Part shown: one piece after another, positions 9,021 through 19,306 of the stretch
Layout: each line of letters starts with the position of its first letter
How positions within the stretch are numbered: position 1 is the stretch's first letter
Virus record (IMG/VR): IMGVR_UViG_3300013126_000009
Source of the DNA: a virus
Lineage: Duplodnaviria; Heunggongvirae; Uroviricota; Caudoviricetes
DNA length: 64,000 nucleotides
Strand: one strand, 5' to 3'
The notes under the pieces: generated by a model
Told to the model about the DNA's origin: nothing
The model's database searches: none
What the model saw: the letters and a program-made list of their open reading frames with translations, nothing else
Program-made: the position numbers and the translations under genes

Positions 9021-9521
9021 TTAATCCCAAAATCTTCTTATGTTATGTGCAATTAGTTTCCATAACAATTCTTCGGCTCTTTCTTGTTTTGCTTGTGATT
9101 CTTTAAGTAGTTTGCTATGCATTTTATCTATCTCATCAGCATTGGGTCTGCTTTTGTATCCCCATTCTAATGTATTCATATCTTTAAATTCTGATGGTAC
9201 GAAATTGAAGTCCAAAACATCATCACCGTACAGTTCTTTTAGTTTATCTTGATATTCCAAAGCATATGTATCGTCATAAACCTTTTCCATTAGTGATACA
9301 ATGATTCTAATTCGTTTAGCGTCATCTTTTGCTGATACGCCCCACGCATTGTCGGATTCCATATATTCAGCTTGGTCCAATAGTGCTCGTTTGAACATAT
9401 CGATTGAGTATGAATAGTCAAAATCGTATTTGTTCCATATTAATGGTAACCAACGTTTGAGGTTACGGAATTGATTTCTCTTACGTCTGAAAAAGTATGT
9501 TATGTTATCTAGAAGTTTCAT
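9021..9521 (-). CDS. Conserved-type hypothetical phage protein
   Basis: WLPLIW..YDFDY and C-terminal FWD pattern. Confidence 0.65.
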   Translation of the reverse strand: MKLLDNITYFFRRKRNQFRNLKRWLPLIWNKYDFDYSYSIDMFKRALLDQAEYMESDNAWGVSAKDDAKRIRIIVSLMEKVYDDTYALEYQDKLKELYGDDVLDFNFVPSEFKDMNTLEWGYKSRPNADEIDKMHSKLLKESQAKQERAEELLWKLIAHNIRRFWD

Positions 9522-9714
9522 TTTCTGTATACCATAAACGAATTTTCGTTTTATTTAATTTAATTGTTTTCCATATTGGGAAGGGTAGTGTTTTTTCATC
9601 GACATAGTTTAATGTTTCAAATTTGAAATAACTAATGTCGTTACCGTTTAAATATAACTCCATGTCATTTATGGTGTCAAAATCTTTACTTTTTAATTTA
9701 CTAATATTCATCAT
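9505..9714 (-). CDS. Hypothetical protein
   Basis: Fits operon packing. Confidence 0.5.
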   Translation of the reverse strand: MMNISKLKSKDFDTINDMELYLNGNDISYFKFETLNYVDEKTLPFPIWKTIKLNKTKIRLWYTENETSR

Positions 9715-9725
9715 GATTTTTCATT

Positions 9726-10253
9726 TTAATCAATTAATTTCTTTATTTCAGTCACAAAATCCACACCTTCATCATCCACAACTTCAACGGCATTTAAATG
9801 GTTCAGTTCGTCTTCAAGGTTATCCAATACCATGGTTATTTTTTCACAACCGTATTCAATCCAATACATTTCGTTAATCCAAGTATTCCAATTGGAATCG
9901 ATTAGTTGAATGAATGATTCTGGGTTACCTCTATCTCGATATCTTTGTATGAATTCTTCTTTTCTGGTTTGGCAAGGAAAAACTAAGTAGAAAAAAATAC
10001 AATTATCTAATAGTGCGTCCCTAACTTCTTTATGTGAAGATACGAAAATATATTCATATTTACCAATATTAGATTTAATGTGTTCAATATAATTCTGAGG
10101 AAATTCTGGATTTCTCTCATTAGTATTATTACCATTTTCGTCTTTTACCCAACTAAAATTACTTGAGTCGCTATCCAATGATTTTTCTGGGTATTTTTTA
10201 TGAAAAAATGATTTGCCAGTTCCAGGAAATGCTGATACTATTTTTGTTCTCAT
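9726..10253 (-). CDS. P-loop NTPase / nucleotide kinase-like protein
   Basis: AFPGTGKS Walker A; R-x3-RG lid-like motif. Confidence 0.7.
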   Translation of the reverse strand: MRTKIVSAFPGTGKSFFHKKYPEKSLDSDSSNFSWVKDENGNNTNERNPEFPQNYIEHIKSNIGKYEYIFVSSHKEVRDALLDNCIFFYLVFPCQTRKEEFIQRYRDRGNPESFIQLIDSNWNTWINEMYWIEYGCEKITMVLDNLEDELNHLNAVEVVDDEGVDFVTEIKKLID

Positions 10254-10389
10254 ATTATTTATTTTTAAGAAGTTTAGCTAATTCATCTAATTTAATTTTT
10301 AATTCGGGGTGATAATCTTCGGCTTTAGTATAAAATGGTTTTAATGTTACCCATATGGTTCTCAAACGGCCACGATTAGTGTTTCAATT

Positions 10390-12270
10390 TTATTTTCCAT
10401 TAACAAATCTTTTGCTAATTATTTTACGTAATTTGGTTTCTATTTCATTTTCAGTTTCATCATCTAAATTATACCACCAATCATCAAAACCATTTAATGT
10501 GCAAAGGTAGTCAATAATTTCAGCTACAGACTTAAAAACCTCTCTATTAATTGTTTTTATTTTTTTCGGTTGCATCAAAGTTCTTTTTTGTACTTCTTAA
10601 TAACGTCTAACCAAATCTCAGTAATTGTAATCTGGTCTTCGACTGGCATTATTTGATTAAATTCCAAGCCATTTTGAGTCATTCTATTATAGACCTCATT
10701 CTGAACATCAGTTTTATGTCTCCAAAATTCAATATCATTTAATGTTAAACCATACTTCTTAGTTAAACTTCCCATCATTTCTTCTTCCATAATATATATA
10801 ATCTAAAATCGATTTGTTGGTTCCTAATATAATATGTGGCGCATAGGTTGGGTACCATTTTTCTTTACATTTTTTACCTATCACGTTTTTTTCCACCATA
10901 TTTTTCAATATTTTTTAAAACTTCTTTTTTCTTTTCCAGTTTTTCTTGAGGTGTTAAATGTCTGGGACCCAATTCTTCATATAAAATACCAGTATCTGGG
11001 TCATAGTATATGAAGGTTCTTATTGTTTGTTTTGGGAATTCAGGAATCAATCCAATTTTCAATAAATCACTCATCATTATCTAAGTTAATTGTATTCAAA
11101 ACTTCTTTAATGCGTTTTAAATCTTTAAAGTTATTTTTTAATCTATTATTTTCCTTAATGAGATTTAGATGTGATTCATTTAGCGCATTAATTGCACATG
11201 TTAAGCATTGTCTGGCATACTTATCACCAAGAAATTCTTTATCGCAATTAGCGCATGTTGTTAAATACATACCTGGTGCATAACCCAGTATTGGATAATT
11301 TAAACCTTTTATATGCTGAACCTCAATTGATTTATCTACAGGGATTCCGTTATAGTTAAATTCGTCACTCATTTTAATTCTTTTAAATCTAAATTACTTA
11401 AATACGAAAACTCATTAATTTTAAATCGTTCGATTCTATTAGGTGATGATGACAAGTATTTCACCACAACCTCATCTCTGTCAATATCTTCAACCCGAAC
11501 CTCAACAGGTACCAAAGAACCCAAATCCATTTTAACGGTCTTACCTATTAATGCATGTTTTTCACTCTCTTTTTTAATAATATTATTCCATTCATCATTA
11601 AGAACCACTTCCATTCGTTCATCGTTAAAGTTTGTGAATGCAACTGCTAATGCTGAACCCATATCAAACTCAGTTTCTGAAAAGGTGAATAAAAGTTCGC
11701 CAGTATCGTCATAAACATTAACATAATCGATACTGTTCAGATATTCAATATAAAGATAGTTTTCTTCTCTTGAGCCGTAAGGTCCTTCAGATAGATATTT
11801 TATTTTTCTATATGTTCTACTCATTATTTTTTAAATAAAAGTTTAAATGGATTACCGAAATGGCTTTCAAAGAATGACATTTTCAATGCCTGTTTGAATT
11901 CCTTACGTTTATTTTTAGGAACCATTTTGATACATTGCTTATGTGTATATCCTTCGTTTCGCCATTTGCTATACATTTTCTTATGTCTATCAGCACGAGT
12001 TAATCCCATTACTTCACAATTTTACCTTCACATTAAATCATCGTTATGTATTAAATCAACATTAGGTTTATTTTTGTCAAACCAATCTGAACAACCAATA
12101 CAAATATACTCAGGTTTGGTGTTCCATAACCTACTTCTTTTACTTGGTTTAATCATATGACAATTATGTGTCTTATTATTTTTTTTTGCATATCCGATGA
12201 ATCTATCGTTATTTTCGCTATGATTAGCCCATGGACATTCTTTACACATTTCTCTGTTCATCTTTATCAT
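10390..12270 (-). CDS. Run of small hypothetical genes (10390-10578, 10575-10790, 10874-11077, 11067-11372, 11369-11824, 11824-12009, 12028-12270)
   Basis: Overlapping start/stop codons; CxxC motifs in 11067-11372 and 12028-12270; host-type promoter at 12540-12571 (-). Confidence 0.6.
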
Positions 12271-12575
12271 TACCGATTATATGTTCCGCTATTCCATGTG
12301 AGAATATTGCTATGACAAAAATAATCACAGCAATTGTACCAGCACCTATTAATATATTAATCATCATTAATATTATTCTTTAGGCGATTTTCAATGAATT
12401 TACGATACTCATCAATGGTTAGATATTGTTCATCACCATTATCAGCGCACAGAATTACCCCGATAATTTTTCCAGAATTATCTGTGATATTTTTTTTGAC
12501 AGTATATCCCATAACCGAATATTAATTTAGTTTATGGTACAAATATACTGATAATAAAATAAAAAAACAAAGATT

Positions 12576-15059
12576 TTAAAGAAATTTTCTTAATTTAAGA
12601 CGGATTCGATTTTTTGATTCAAATAATTTATAGTTTGTGAAATATGTTGGTATATCAGCAATTTTAATGAATCCTTCGTATTCTTTATTTCGCTTTTTAT
12701 CGTACATGGATACATAAACACTACCATCCATCTTGAATCTTTGTCGGTCAAAAATAATTTCAACCAAATCATTTTCAATCTTTGTTGCCATTTCTGGTTG
12801 TTTAAGACCCTTCAATGTGTTGCGCAATGACATTATTATTTCTTCCTTGCTCTGTTTGTTGGTATCGTCTTCATTATAATCCATCTCATCATCCTCAATC
12901 AAATCATCAGCTTGGTCTTTAATGAAATTAACTATACTTTGGTTATCTGGTGCCATATCATTGTCATCAACCATTTCCCATATTTCATCTGAGTACTTTG
13001 GTACGTCATCATATATCTCCAAGAAGTCTTCTAAGACATAATCTAAATCGGTCGTGAAATCACCATCTTCGTCTGCACTGAATATACTAGCACCACCATT
13101 GATTATAAATGCGTTAACATTCATTGATATATCTAAAGTGTCTCTACGATAGTTTGCATACTCAAGTGTAATTCTATTATTTACCTTATTACATATCTCA
13201 CCCCACTTTTCATTTTTAGCTTCATAGCTGGCCTCGTTCATTTCCTCACTGATATGATTTAAAATGTCATCTTTAAGGCCCTTAGCTTCAAATGCTTCAT
13301 CGAGTGCTTTCACTTCGGGTTTTATACCATAACTCTCAATTGTTTCCCTGAATTCTGAGTCACCCAAAGCGCTTTCCAAATAATTTTCATAGTCCTCTTC
13401 TAATCTATCTGAATCACCATCATAAATATCATAATAATAGTCATCCCATCTTGAATCATTGAAACGCATTAGGAAATTTGATGTTTCATCACTAATAGCT
13501 GATTTTGGAACATCGTTAATATTAATCATATCACCAGTAAAATCAATATCAATATCTTCTGGTACCAATTGATTTAATCTATCAATTGCTTCTGAATTAT
13601 TATCCGAAGCTGACATGATTAATTTATTTATTTCTTTTTGTTCTTCAGTAAAAACGTTATGAACACCATAACGTTCCAAAAACTCAACTTTATCAACCCC
13701 ATTTTCAACTAAAAACCCTTTAAGTAGTCCCTTATCCATTCTTTGAACGTATTGACTTATCTCACCATCATCCAAAGTCGATAATTCGGTATAGCTTAAC
13801 TTGAACCTACGTCTACCCCAATTACTGGTTGCATCCATAAACTGTTTATATTTATCCATAATGGATTTTTTATAAACTTCCATTAATTCATCGTTATTTT
13901 GAATCATTTCAAACTCTCGTTCCGTTAATGATTTACCGTTTTCTAATTTAAGGCGTATTACACGTCTAAGTTGTTTATCGTTCAATAAATCTGTTTGATT
14001 TGCACCGCGACCAATAAAATAGCCAGCTTCAATCAAACTTTCTTTAACTGAATCACTTAATGATTCAACTTGGGAGTTTGAAATTGTGTGATTATTAGCA
14101 ACATAATCACGTATAAAATCTTCTGGTGTTACGTTTGATTCATTGACGACCAAATCTCTGGTCATGTCCTCAATATACCGTTGAAGGTTATCATTATTAT
14201 ATTGGCGTTTTAATAGGCTGGCATAATTACGCTCTTCATTTGTTATTTCCCTATATGGGAAATATTTTTCTTTACCCTTAAGGTTTGGAATGGCTTCTTC
14301 AACGTTAGACCATTGCATTGCCAGTTGTGGTCCACCATGACGTTCACCACTATTACTTCTGTCAGCAATTGCATACCCTCTGGAACCATAATTCATTATA
14401 ACCAACTTATGTTCGTCACCTTCAACGTTTTTTTGTAATACATGGTATGGTGTTGCACCATAGTTCAAACGATATGTATTATAATAATTCAATTCTGGTT
14501 TACCGATACACCAAGATTCACCAGAACCATATTTAACACATTTTGCTTTTGTTTTTGAATCTAATATCAGAATATCATCATCTTCATATACGATATCTGC
14601 TTCATCAGGTTCATATATACCAGCTTTTGTGGATATAGTTCCAGATTCCAACCATTTTTTATTATTTACCAAATCGACCAAACCACTCTCAATCTTTTTC
14701 ATTGAGAACCGTTTAGCGTTATCACCCAAATTTCTAACATTAGCAATATAAGCATCCAAATAACGTTTGGCATTCTGCCTATTTTCGGCAAAGGCTTTGG
14801 TTTTAATCATTTTATCTAAGGTACCTTCATACCATTTCTTGAATACACTATCCAACTGCTCCTTACTTTTTAGTTGTTGGATATTACCAAAATAGTCTCT
14901 AAATAATCCAGCAATGGCCAATTTATTTAACGTGTCCTCACTTTTATCACCAATTCTGTTAGTTGTGGCATCAATTACTTGCCTACCATATAATTTGTCC
15001 TCTTCCAATGGCAACATCTTGCCGTCCAGATTTTCAAAAATATTACTTAATTTTAACAT
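12576..15059 (-). CDS. Large PcfJ-like domain protein; putative head cargo
   Basis: CVKYGSGESWCI motif; MLKLSNIFE leader and LFE-SKNRIRLKLRKFL tail. Confidence 0.6.
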   Translation of the reverse strand: MLKLSNIFENLDGKMLPLEEDKLYGRQVIDATTNRIGDKSEDTLNKLAIAGLFRDYFGNIQQLKSKEQLDSVFKKWYEGTLDKMIKTKAFAENRQNAKRYLDAYIANVRNLGDNAKRFSMKKIESGLVDLVNNKKWLESGTISTKAGIYEPDEADIVYEDDDILILDSKTKAKCVKYGSGESWCIGKPELNYYNTYRLNYGATPYHVLQKNVEGDEHKLVIMNYGSRGYAIADRSNSGERHGGPQLAMQWSNVEEAIPNLKGKEKYFPYREITNEERNYASLLKRQYNNDNLQRYIEDMTRDLVVNESNVTPEDFIRDYVANNHTISNSQVESLSDSVKESLIEAGYFIGRGANQTDLLNDKQLRRVIRLKLENGKSLTEREFEMIQNNDELMEVYKKSIMDKYKQFMDATSNWGRRRFKLSYTELSTLDDGEISQYVQRMDKGLLKGFLVENGVDKVEFLERYGVHNVFTEEQKEINKLIMSASDNNSEAIDRLNQLVPEDIDIDFTGDMININDVPKSAISDETSNFLMRFNDSRWDDYYYDIYDGDSDRLEEDYENYLESALGDSEFRETIESYGIKPEVKALDEAFEAKGLKDDILNHISEEMNEASYEAKNEKWGEICNKVNNRITLEYANYRRDTLDISMNVNAFIINGGASIFSADEDGDFTTDLDYVLEDFLEIYDDVPKYSDEIWEMVDDNDMAPDNQSIVNFIKDQADDLIEDDEMDYNEDDTNKQSKEEIIMSLRNTLKGLKQPEMATKIENDLVEIIFDRQRFKMDGSVYVSMYDKKRNKEYEGFIKIADIPTYFTNYKLFESKNRIRLKLRKFL

Positions 15060-15070
15060 AATGAATTATA

Positions 15071-15643
15071 TTATTTAAATAAACCATACGGTATGACCGT
15101 TGGTCTAACTTTACTATCTGATTTAATTTCTTCACCACCACTTCTTTGTCTTGATTTCCATTCTTTAAGGAATTCGATTAAACTAACAAGTAAATCCTTA
15201 TCAACTTTACCATCAACTCGATTACCTTTATCGGCAAAGACCCAGTTCATTGCATTCTCAACATTTTTAATCCTATCACCATAATTCAAACTGTCAACTT
15301 CATTGTTCAAATTTAAAACCAAGCTATCATCAATTAGTTTTAAAGCATTATCAAAATCAACATTACTTAAGTCTTTAATCGGTCTATCCAAACGCAAATG
15401 TTTTCTTAAAAAACGTATACCGTCATTGGTTATATCACCGAATTCGTGTTGTGATGCCACTTTAGGCGTTGGCTCCTTTTCCTTACCACTTTTTTCGGCA
15501 CCAAAAGACGGTGATGACATAAGTGAACCCAACATGGCACCACCAATCATACCCTTCTTCAAAGCTGAACCGAAATCCTCATCAATAATTTCACCTTCGG
15601 TTATTAACTTATTCCTTAGTTTGTATTTTATAGATTCACTCAT
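15071..15643 (-). CDS. Hypothetical protein with tagged leader and hydrophobic segment
   Basis: Start moved to 15643 (MSESIKYKLRNKLITE), behind ATATTTAT at 15660-15667 (-). Confidence 0.65.
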   Translation of the reverse strand: MSESIKYKLRNKLITEGEIIDEDFGSALKKGMIGGAMLGSLMSSPSFGAEKSGKEKEPTPKVASQHEFGDITNDGIRFLRKHLRLDRPIKDLSNVDFDNALKLIDDSLVLNLNNEVDSLNYGDRIKNVENAMNWVFADKGNRVDGKVDKDLLVSLIEFLKEWKSRQRSGGEEIKSDSKVRPTVIPYGLFK

Positions 15644-15734
15644 TAAATAGTCATTTATAATAAATATGCCCTCATAATAACTAATGTTGATTAACTGTAA
15701 TTTAAACATATTTATAGTTAAATAAATTGAAGTA

Positions 15735-16778
15735 ATGATACGAAAATTATTAAAAGAAAATTTAACACGGAAATTATATGAAAACACTTTGAGCGAAAAC
15801 GTTGAAACTTCGGCAAGGGGTTTGGTTAATATTTTCGAGACGTTTAATAAACTATCTGGAAATCTAAAAGAGGATATTGAATATATAACAAATTTTAACC
15901 AACTGCTTAAAGAGGATAGTGAGTTTGACCCCTTTTCACATTTACAACAAACTGGTAAGATAAATACCGAAGAAGATTGTGTGTTAACAATATCTGAACC
16001 CAATTCAAAATTAGGGCAAATAAATGCGCCATCACTGTCATTACCAGCTGGTTACACATGCCCATTTGCTGATATATGTAAAAGTTTTGCACATCCAACT
16101 GGTGGTAAATTCAAATCGAATCAAAAATCAATTAAGGATGTTGGAGATATCAGATGTTATGCTGCCAGTGCTGAAATGACCTATCCAAATGTAAGAAACC
16201 TCAGATGGCGAAACTTTGACCTTATAAAAGACACTTATAAATCAAACGGGGTTAATGGTATAACAAATCTTTTATTGAAATCAATAAACCATTATGAAAC
16301 CAAAAAGGGTAAAATAACTGTATTTCGAATTCACGATTCGGGTGATTTCTTTGAACAATATTATCTGGATGCTTGGATTGAGACTGCAAAGCAACGACCC
16401 GATATTCTTTTCTATGCTTATACAAAGTCATTACCGTTTTGGAAAGAGAGGAAATCTGAAATACCTAAAAATCTTAGGTTAATAGCCTCAGAGGGTGGTA
16501 AAGCTGATGAGTTAATTGATAAGGAAGGTTTCAGAAAAGCTGTTATAGTTAAAGATACTGGTGAAGCTATACGAAAAAAGCTTAATGTTGATGTAAATGA
16601 TTTCTTGGCCGCATTCGGAGATAAAGATTTCGCATTATTATTACATGGTGTACAATCAAAAGAAAGTGGAGCAACATCACACGCTAAACAAAATAGTAAA
16701 ATAATAAAAGACGCAGCAAAATCAATGAGAGTCAATCCAAATGAAATTGTACGACTTTTGAAGTTATATACTAACTAA
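15735..16778 (+). CDS. GP88-family (radical-SAM-like Fe-S) protein
   Basis: SLPAGYTCPFADIC...CYA, RIHDSGDFF, FYAYTKS. Confidence 0.75.
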   Translation: MIRKLLKENLTRKLYENTLSENVETSARGLVNIFETFNKLSGNLKEDIEYITNFNQLLKEDSEFDPFSHLQQTGKINTEEDCVLTISEPNSKLGQINAPSLSLPAGYTCPFADICKSFAHPTGGKFKSNQKSIKDVGDIRCYAASAEMTYPNVRNLRWRNFDLIKDTYKSNGVNGITNLLLKSINHYETKKGKITVFRIHDSGDFFEQYYLDAWIETAKQRPDILFYAYTKSLPFWKERKSEIPKNLRLIASEGGKADELIDKEGFRKAVIVKDTGEAIRKKLNVDVNDFLAAFGDKDFALLLHGVQSKESGATSHAKQNSKIIKDAAKSMRVNPNEIVRLLKLYTN

Positions 16779-16779
16779 A

Positions 16780-17364
16780 ATGTCAAATATTCGAATAAAG
16801 CTTAGAGAGCAATTAATCAATGAACAGGTCAAACAGCTTTTCAAGGAAGCAAACGATGACCTAACACAATGTGATTGTTGCAAATATTTCGATATGGACA
16901 TGGAAAGGTTTGGTGGTTTTGAGCATCCGATTTACTATGCTCTTAACAAATCCGAAATCCATGAACTTAAACTAATATCACCAGAAAATTATCTTAAGAC
17001 GGTTGCGGATAACTTTAAAATGCACTACCATGAAATGTTTAATTATATAAACCAAGAATTGGTGGATAAATACGCCAATGACATGAAGAAAGGTGATAAA
17101 TTCCCATTACCTTACTACACGGTGAATAATAGGCAACAAGAAGGTAGACATAGAGCGTTAGCACTCAAAAAATTAGGTTGTGAATATATGCCAGTTGTTA
17201 CTGTTACAGAACTAACAGATAAAGAAAAAGAAAATTTCGCAAACAAATATAAAGATATGTCGACAAATGAACTTAACCAAGCGTTTGTGGATTTAGGTTA
17301 TAAGGGGGTGTCTGGACTCGATATAAGAGAACTTAAAAACTACGTTCGATACAAAGAATTTTAA
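16780..17364 (+). CDS. ParB/Srx-like domain protein
   Basis: YANDMKKGDKFPLP...QEGRHRALA. Confidence 0.65.
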   Translation: MSNIRIKLREQLINEQVKQLFKEANDDLTQCDCCKYFDMDMERFGGFEHPIYYALNKSEIHELKLISPENYLKTVADNFKMHYHEMFNYINQELVDKYANDMKKGDKFPLPYYTVNNRQQEGRHRALALKKLGCEYMPVVTVTELTDKEKENFANKYKDMSTNELNQAFVDLGYKGVSGLDIRELKNYVRYKEF

Positions 17365-17398
17365 TTAGTGAATATATATTTATTAAAAAACAAAGATA

Positions 17399-17620
17399 AT
17401 GAAAAGAGTTAAACTGACAGAATCTCAGCTTGAGATGTTAAAATCAATCGATGGTAATGACGCTAAGCGTTTGGCTGATAAGATAAATGATGCTATTATT
17501 AGTATTGATGAGTCTATGAGCTATAAGGATTTTGCTAATGCTGTTGCCATTGTATTGAAAGGACAATACGGTAAGCATAATTTTGAGGGGTTTTTAGCTC
17601 AACTTCAATCTAAGCTTTGA
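17399..17620 (+). CDS. Small protein with KLTESQL leader
   Basis: ATATTTAT at 17376-17383. Confidence 0.65.
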   Translation: MKRVKLTESQLEMLKSIDGNDAKRLADKINDAIISIDESMSYKDFANAVAIVLKGQYGKHNFEGFLAQLQSKL

Positions 17621-17835
17621 TTAATCATATCTTTATCAATGCCTAAAATTCTGGACATTTGTTCAGTGATTTCTGATTTAATTAAAAATTTATTTTCTTT
17701 GGTGAGTTGTTGTGGTGATAAGTTATCCATCAAGATTGTTTTTGAAAAGCGTTTACCCTCTCTCAATTTCATTCTTTTTATCGAATAGGTTTCTCTGTAA
17801 TATTGCCTAATTATGTCAACTAAGTTATCGTCCAT
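17605..17835 (-). CDS. Hypothetical protein
   Basis: Start likely MDDNL at 17835, which avoids the divergent overlap. Confidence 0.5.
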   Translation of the reverse strand: MDDNLVDIIRQYYRETYSIKRMKLREGKRFSKTILMDNLSPQQLTKENKFLIKSEITEQMSRILGIDKDMINQSLD

Positions 17836-17871
17836 ATTGTTAAATATCTGAATTATTGATATATTTGTCAT

Positions 17872-18198
17872 ATGGATAATGTGATTGATTCCCATATTAC
17901 AATTGTATTACTTGAACTATTGGTTCATTATTATGATAGTTATGGCAAAAAGGTTGGTAGTTTTGATAGTTATTGTGGTTATATTACAAATTATTTAAAT
18001 GGTAATGTTAGCACTTTACCAAATGTACAAAGACATACTTTTGACTATTTGGTTGGTCAAGTTGAGCGGCAATATGGTTTACCAACTGATATCGCTATTG
18101 AATTGGTTATTGATTTGTTTATCAATTGTTATTGGAAAAATATTTATTCTTATCAACATGAGATGAATCGGTTTTTGTATAATTCAGATATTTACTGA
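17872..18198 (+). CDS. Hypothetical protein
   Basis: Host-type promoter 17836-17867 directly upstream. Confidence 0.55.
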   Translation: MDNVIDSHITIVLLELLVHYYDSYGKKVGSFDSYCGYITNYLNGNVSTLPNVQRHTFDYLVGQVERQYGLPTDIAIELVIDLFINCYWKNIYSYQHEMNRFLYNSDIY

Positions 18199-18199
18199 T

Positions 18200-18544
18200 A
18201 TGAAGAGAAAATTAATAATAACAGAGGGTCAAATGCGGTCATTGGTAAAACATTTGAACGAATCGGATGTTTATACTGAAACCGTTAAACGAATCGTTGA
18301 TGACCTTAATCTGAATTATGAGCCAGCTGTTGTTACAGAAAGACGTGGTGGTGAATATCATGAATTACCAGCATTTAAGATAAAAGCTGATAATACCTTA
18401 ACTAATGGTGAATATCTTTTACATTATTTGAAAAGAAAGCATGAGGGTGTTGGTAAGAAATTTTTAGCTCAATTGATTAGGGATTGGGTTGATGGTAAGA
18501 TTGAAAACTATCGTTTATCTAGTAATGTTGGTATGCGAGAGTAG
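18200..18544 (+). CDS. Hypothetical protein with KLIITEGQ...LNE leader
   Basis: ATATTTAC at 18188-18195. Confidence 0.7.
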   Translation: MKRKLIITEGQMRSLVKHLNESDVYTETVKRIVDDLNLNYEPAVVTERRGGEYHELPAFKIKADNTLTNGEYLLHYLKRKHEGVGKKFLAQLIRDWVDGKIENYRLSSNVGMRE

Positions 18545-18553
18545 ATAAATGCT

Positions 18554-18868
18554 ATGAAGGCGAAGATACGGGAGATATTGAAGGATACGTATGGTGATTT
18601 TTCTACTGTACTGGAAGTTCAATATGAGAACGTAATGTTACAAAAATTATCTAGTAAGAATAGGAACCGAGTAAGGGAGTGGTTAACTTACAATCAAGTA
18701 ATTTTGGAATTACGTGATAATTTAAAAAATTCGTTAAAAACCAAAGAATTACAGTATCGGTTAACGGATGGTGAAAACCCAAATATTGCTTGTTTGGACG
18801 TTATGGGAGAATTAAAAAATGAATCACCAGAATTAACTAGATTATACGAAAAAATTATGAATTTTTAG
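18554..18868 (+). CDS. Hypothetical protein, paralog of the next gene
   Basis: ELQYRLTDGENPN. Confidence 0.7.
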   Translation: MKAKIREILKDTYGDFSTVLEVQYENVMLQKLSSKNRNRVREWLTYNQVILELRDNLKNSLKTKELQYRLTDGENPNIACLDVMGELKNESPELTRLYEKIMNF

Positions 18869-18932
18869 TGTCGTTACGTGTTGTATTTTGATATTTATAA
18901 TCAAATAACAATGTTAGAAAACACCATTAAAA

Positions 18933-19265
18933 ATGAGCATAAAAGACTTCATAACTGGTAATGGTTTCTCAAGTAAGAATCGGTTAGATTCTGATTATAA
19001 AAACTTTATTTTGAATACCATAAATAATTGTGATGATACCCATGTTGAACGCTGGGAAATCTATAATGATATCGTTGACGAACTTGTAAAATTAGGTTAC
19101 AATTCAGAGTTTGAGGAGATAAAATATCGAATAACGGATGGTGAAAACCCGAATGAGATTTTTCTGAATATTTTCGCTCGTATTGAATTAAGCCCAATTT
19201 TGATATTTTACTCTAAGCAATTGGAAGATTATCTTGAAACTGATAAGTATTCAAAATTTTTCTAA
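18933..19265 (+). CDS. Hypothetical protein, paralog of the previous gene
   Basis: EIKYRITDGENPN. Confidence 0.7.
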   Translation: MSIKDFITGNGFSSKNRLDSDYKNFILNTINNCDDTHVERWEIYNDIVDELVKLGYNSEFEEIKYRITDGENPNEIFLNIFARIELSPILIFYSKQLEDYLETDKYSKFF

Positions 19266-19306
19266 CTTCACTTGTCGTTAAGTTTGTAATTTAATATATT
19301 TGCCAT

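Noticed and set aside
15644-16003. N-terminal extension of ORF 15071-16003
   Set aside because: Antisense to GP88 and spans divergent promoters; the real start is probably 15643
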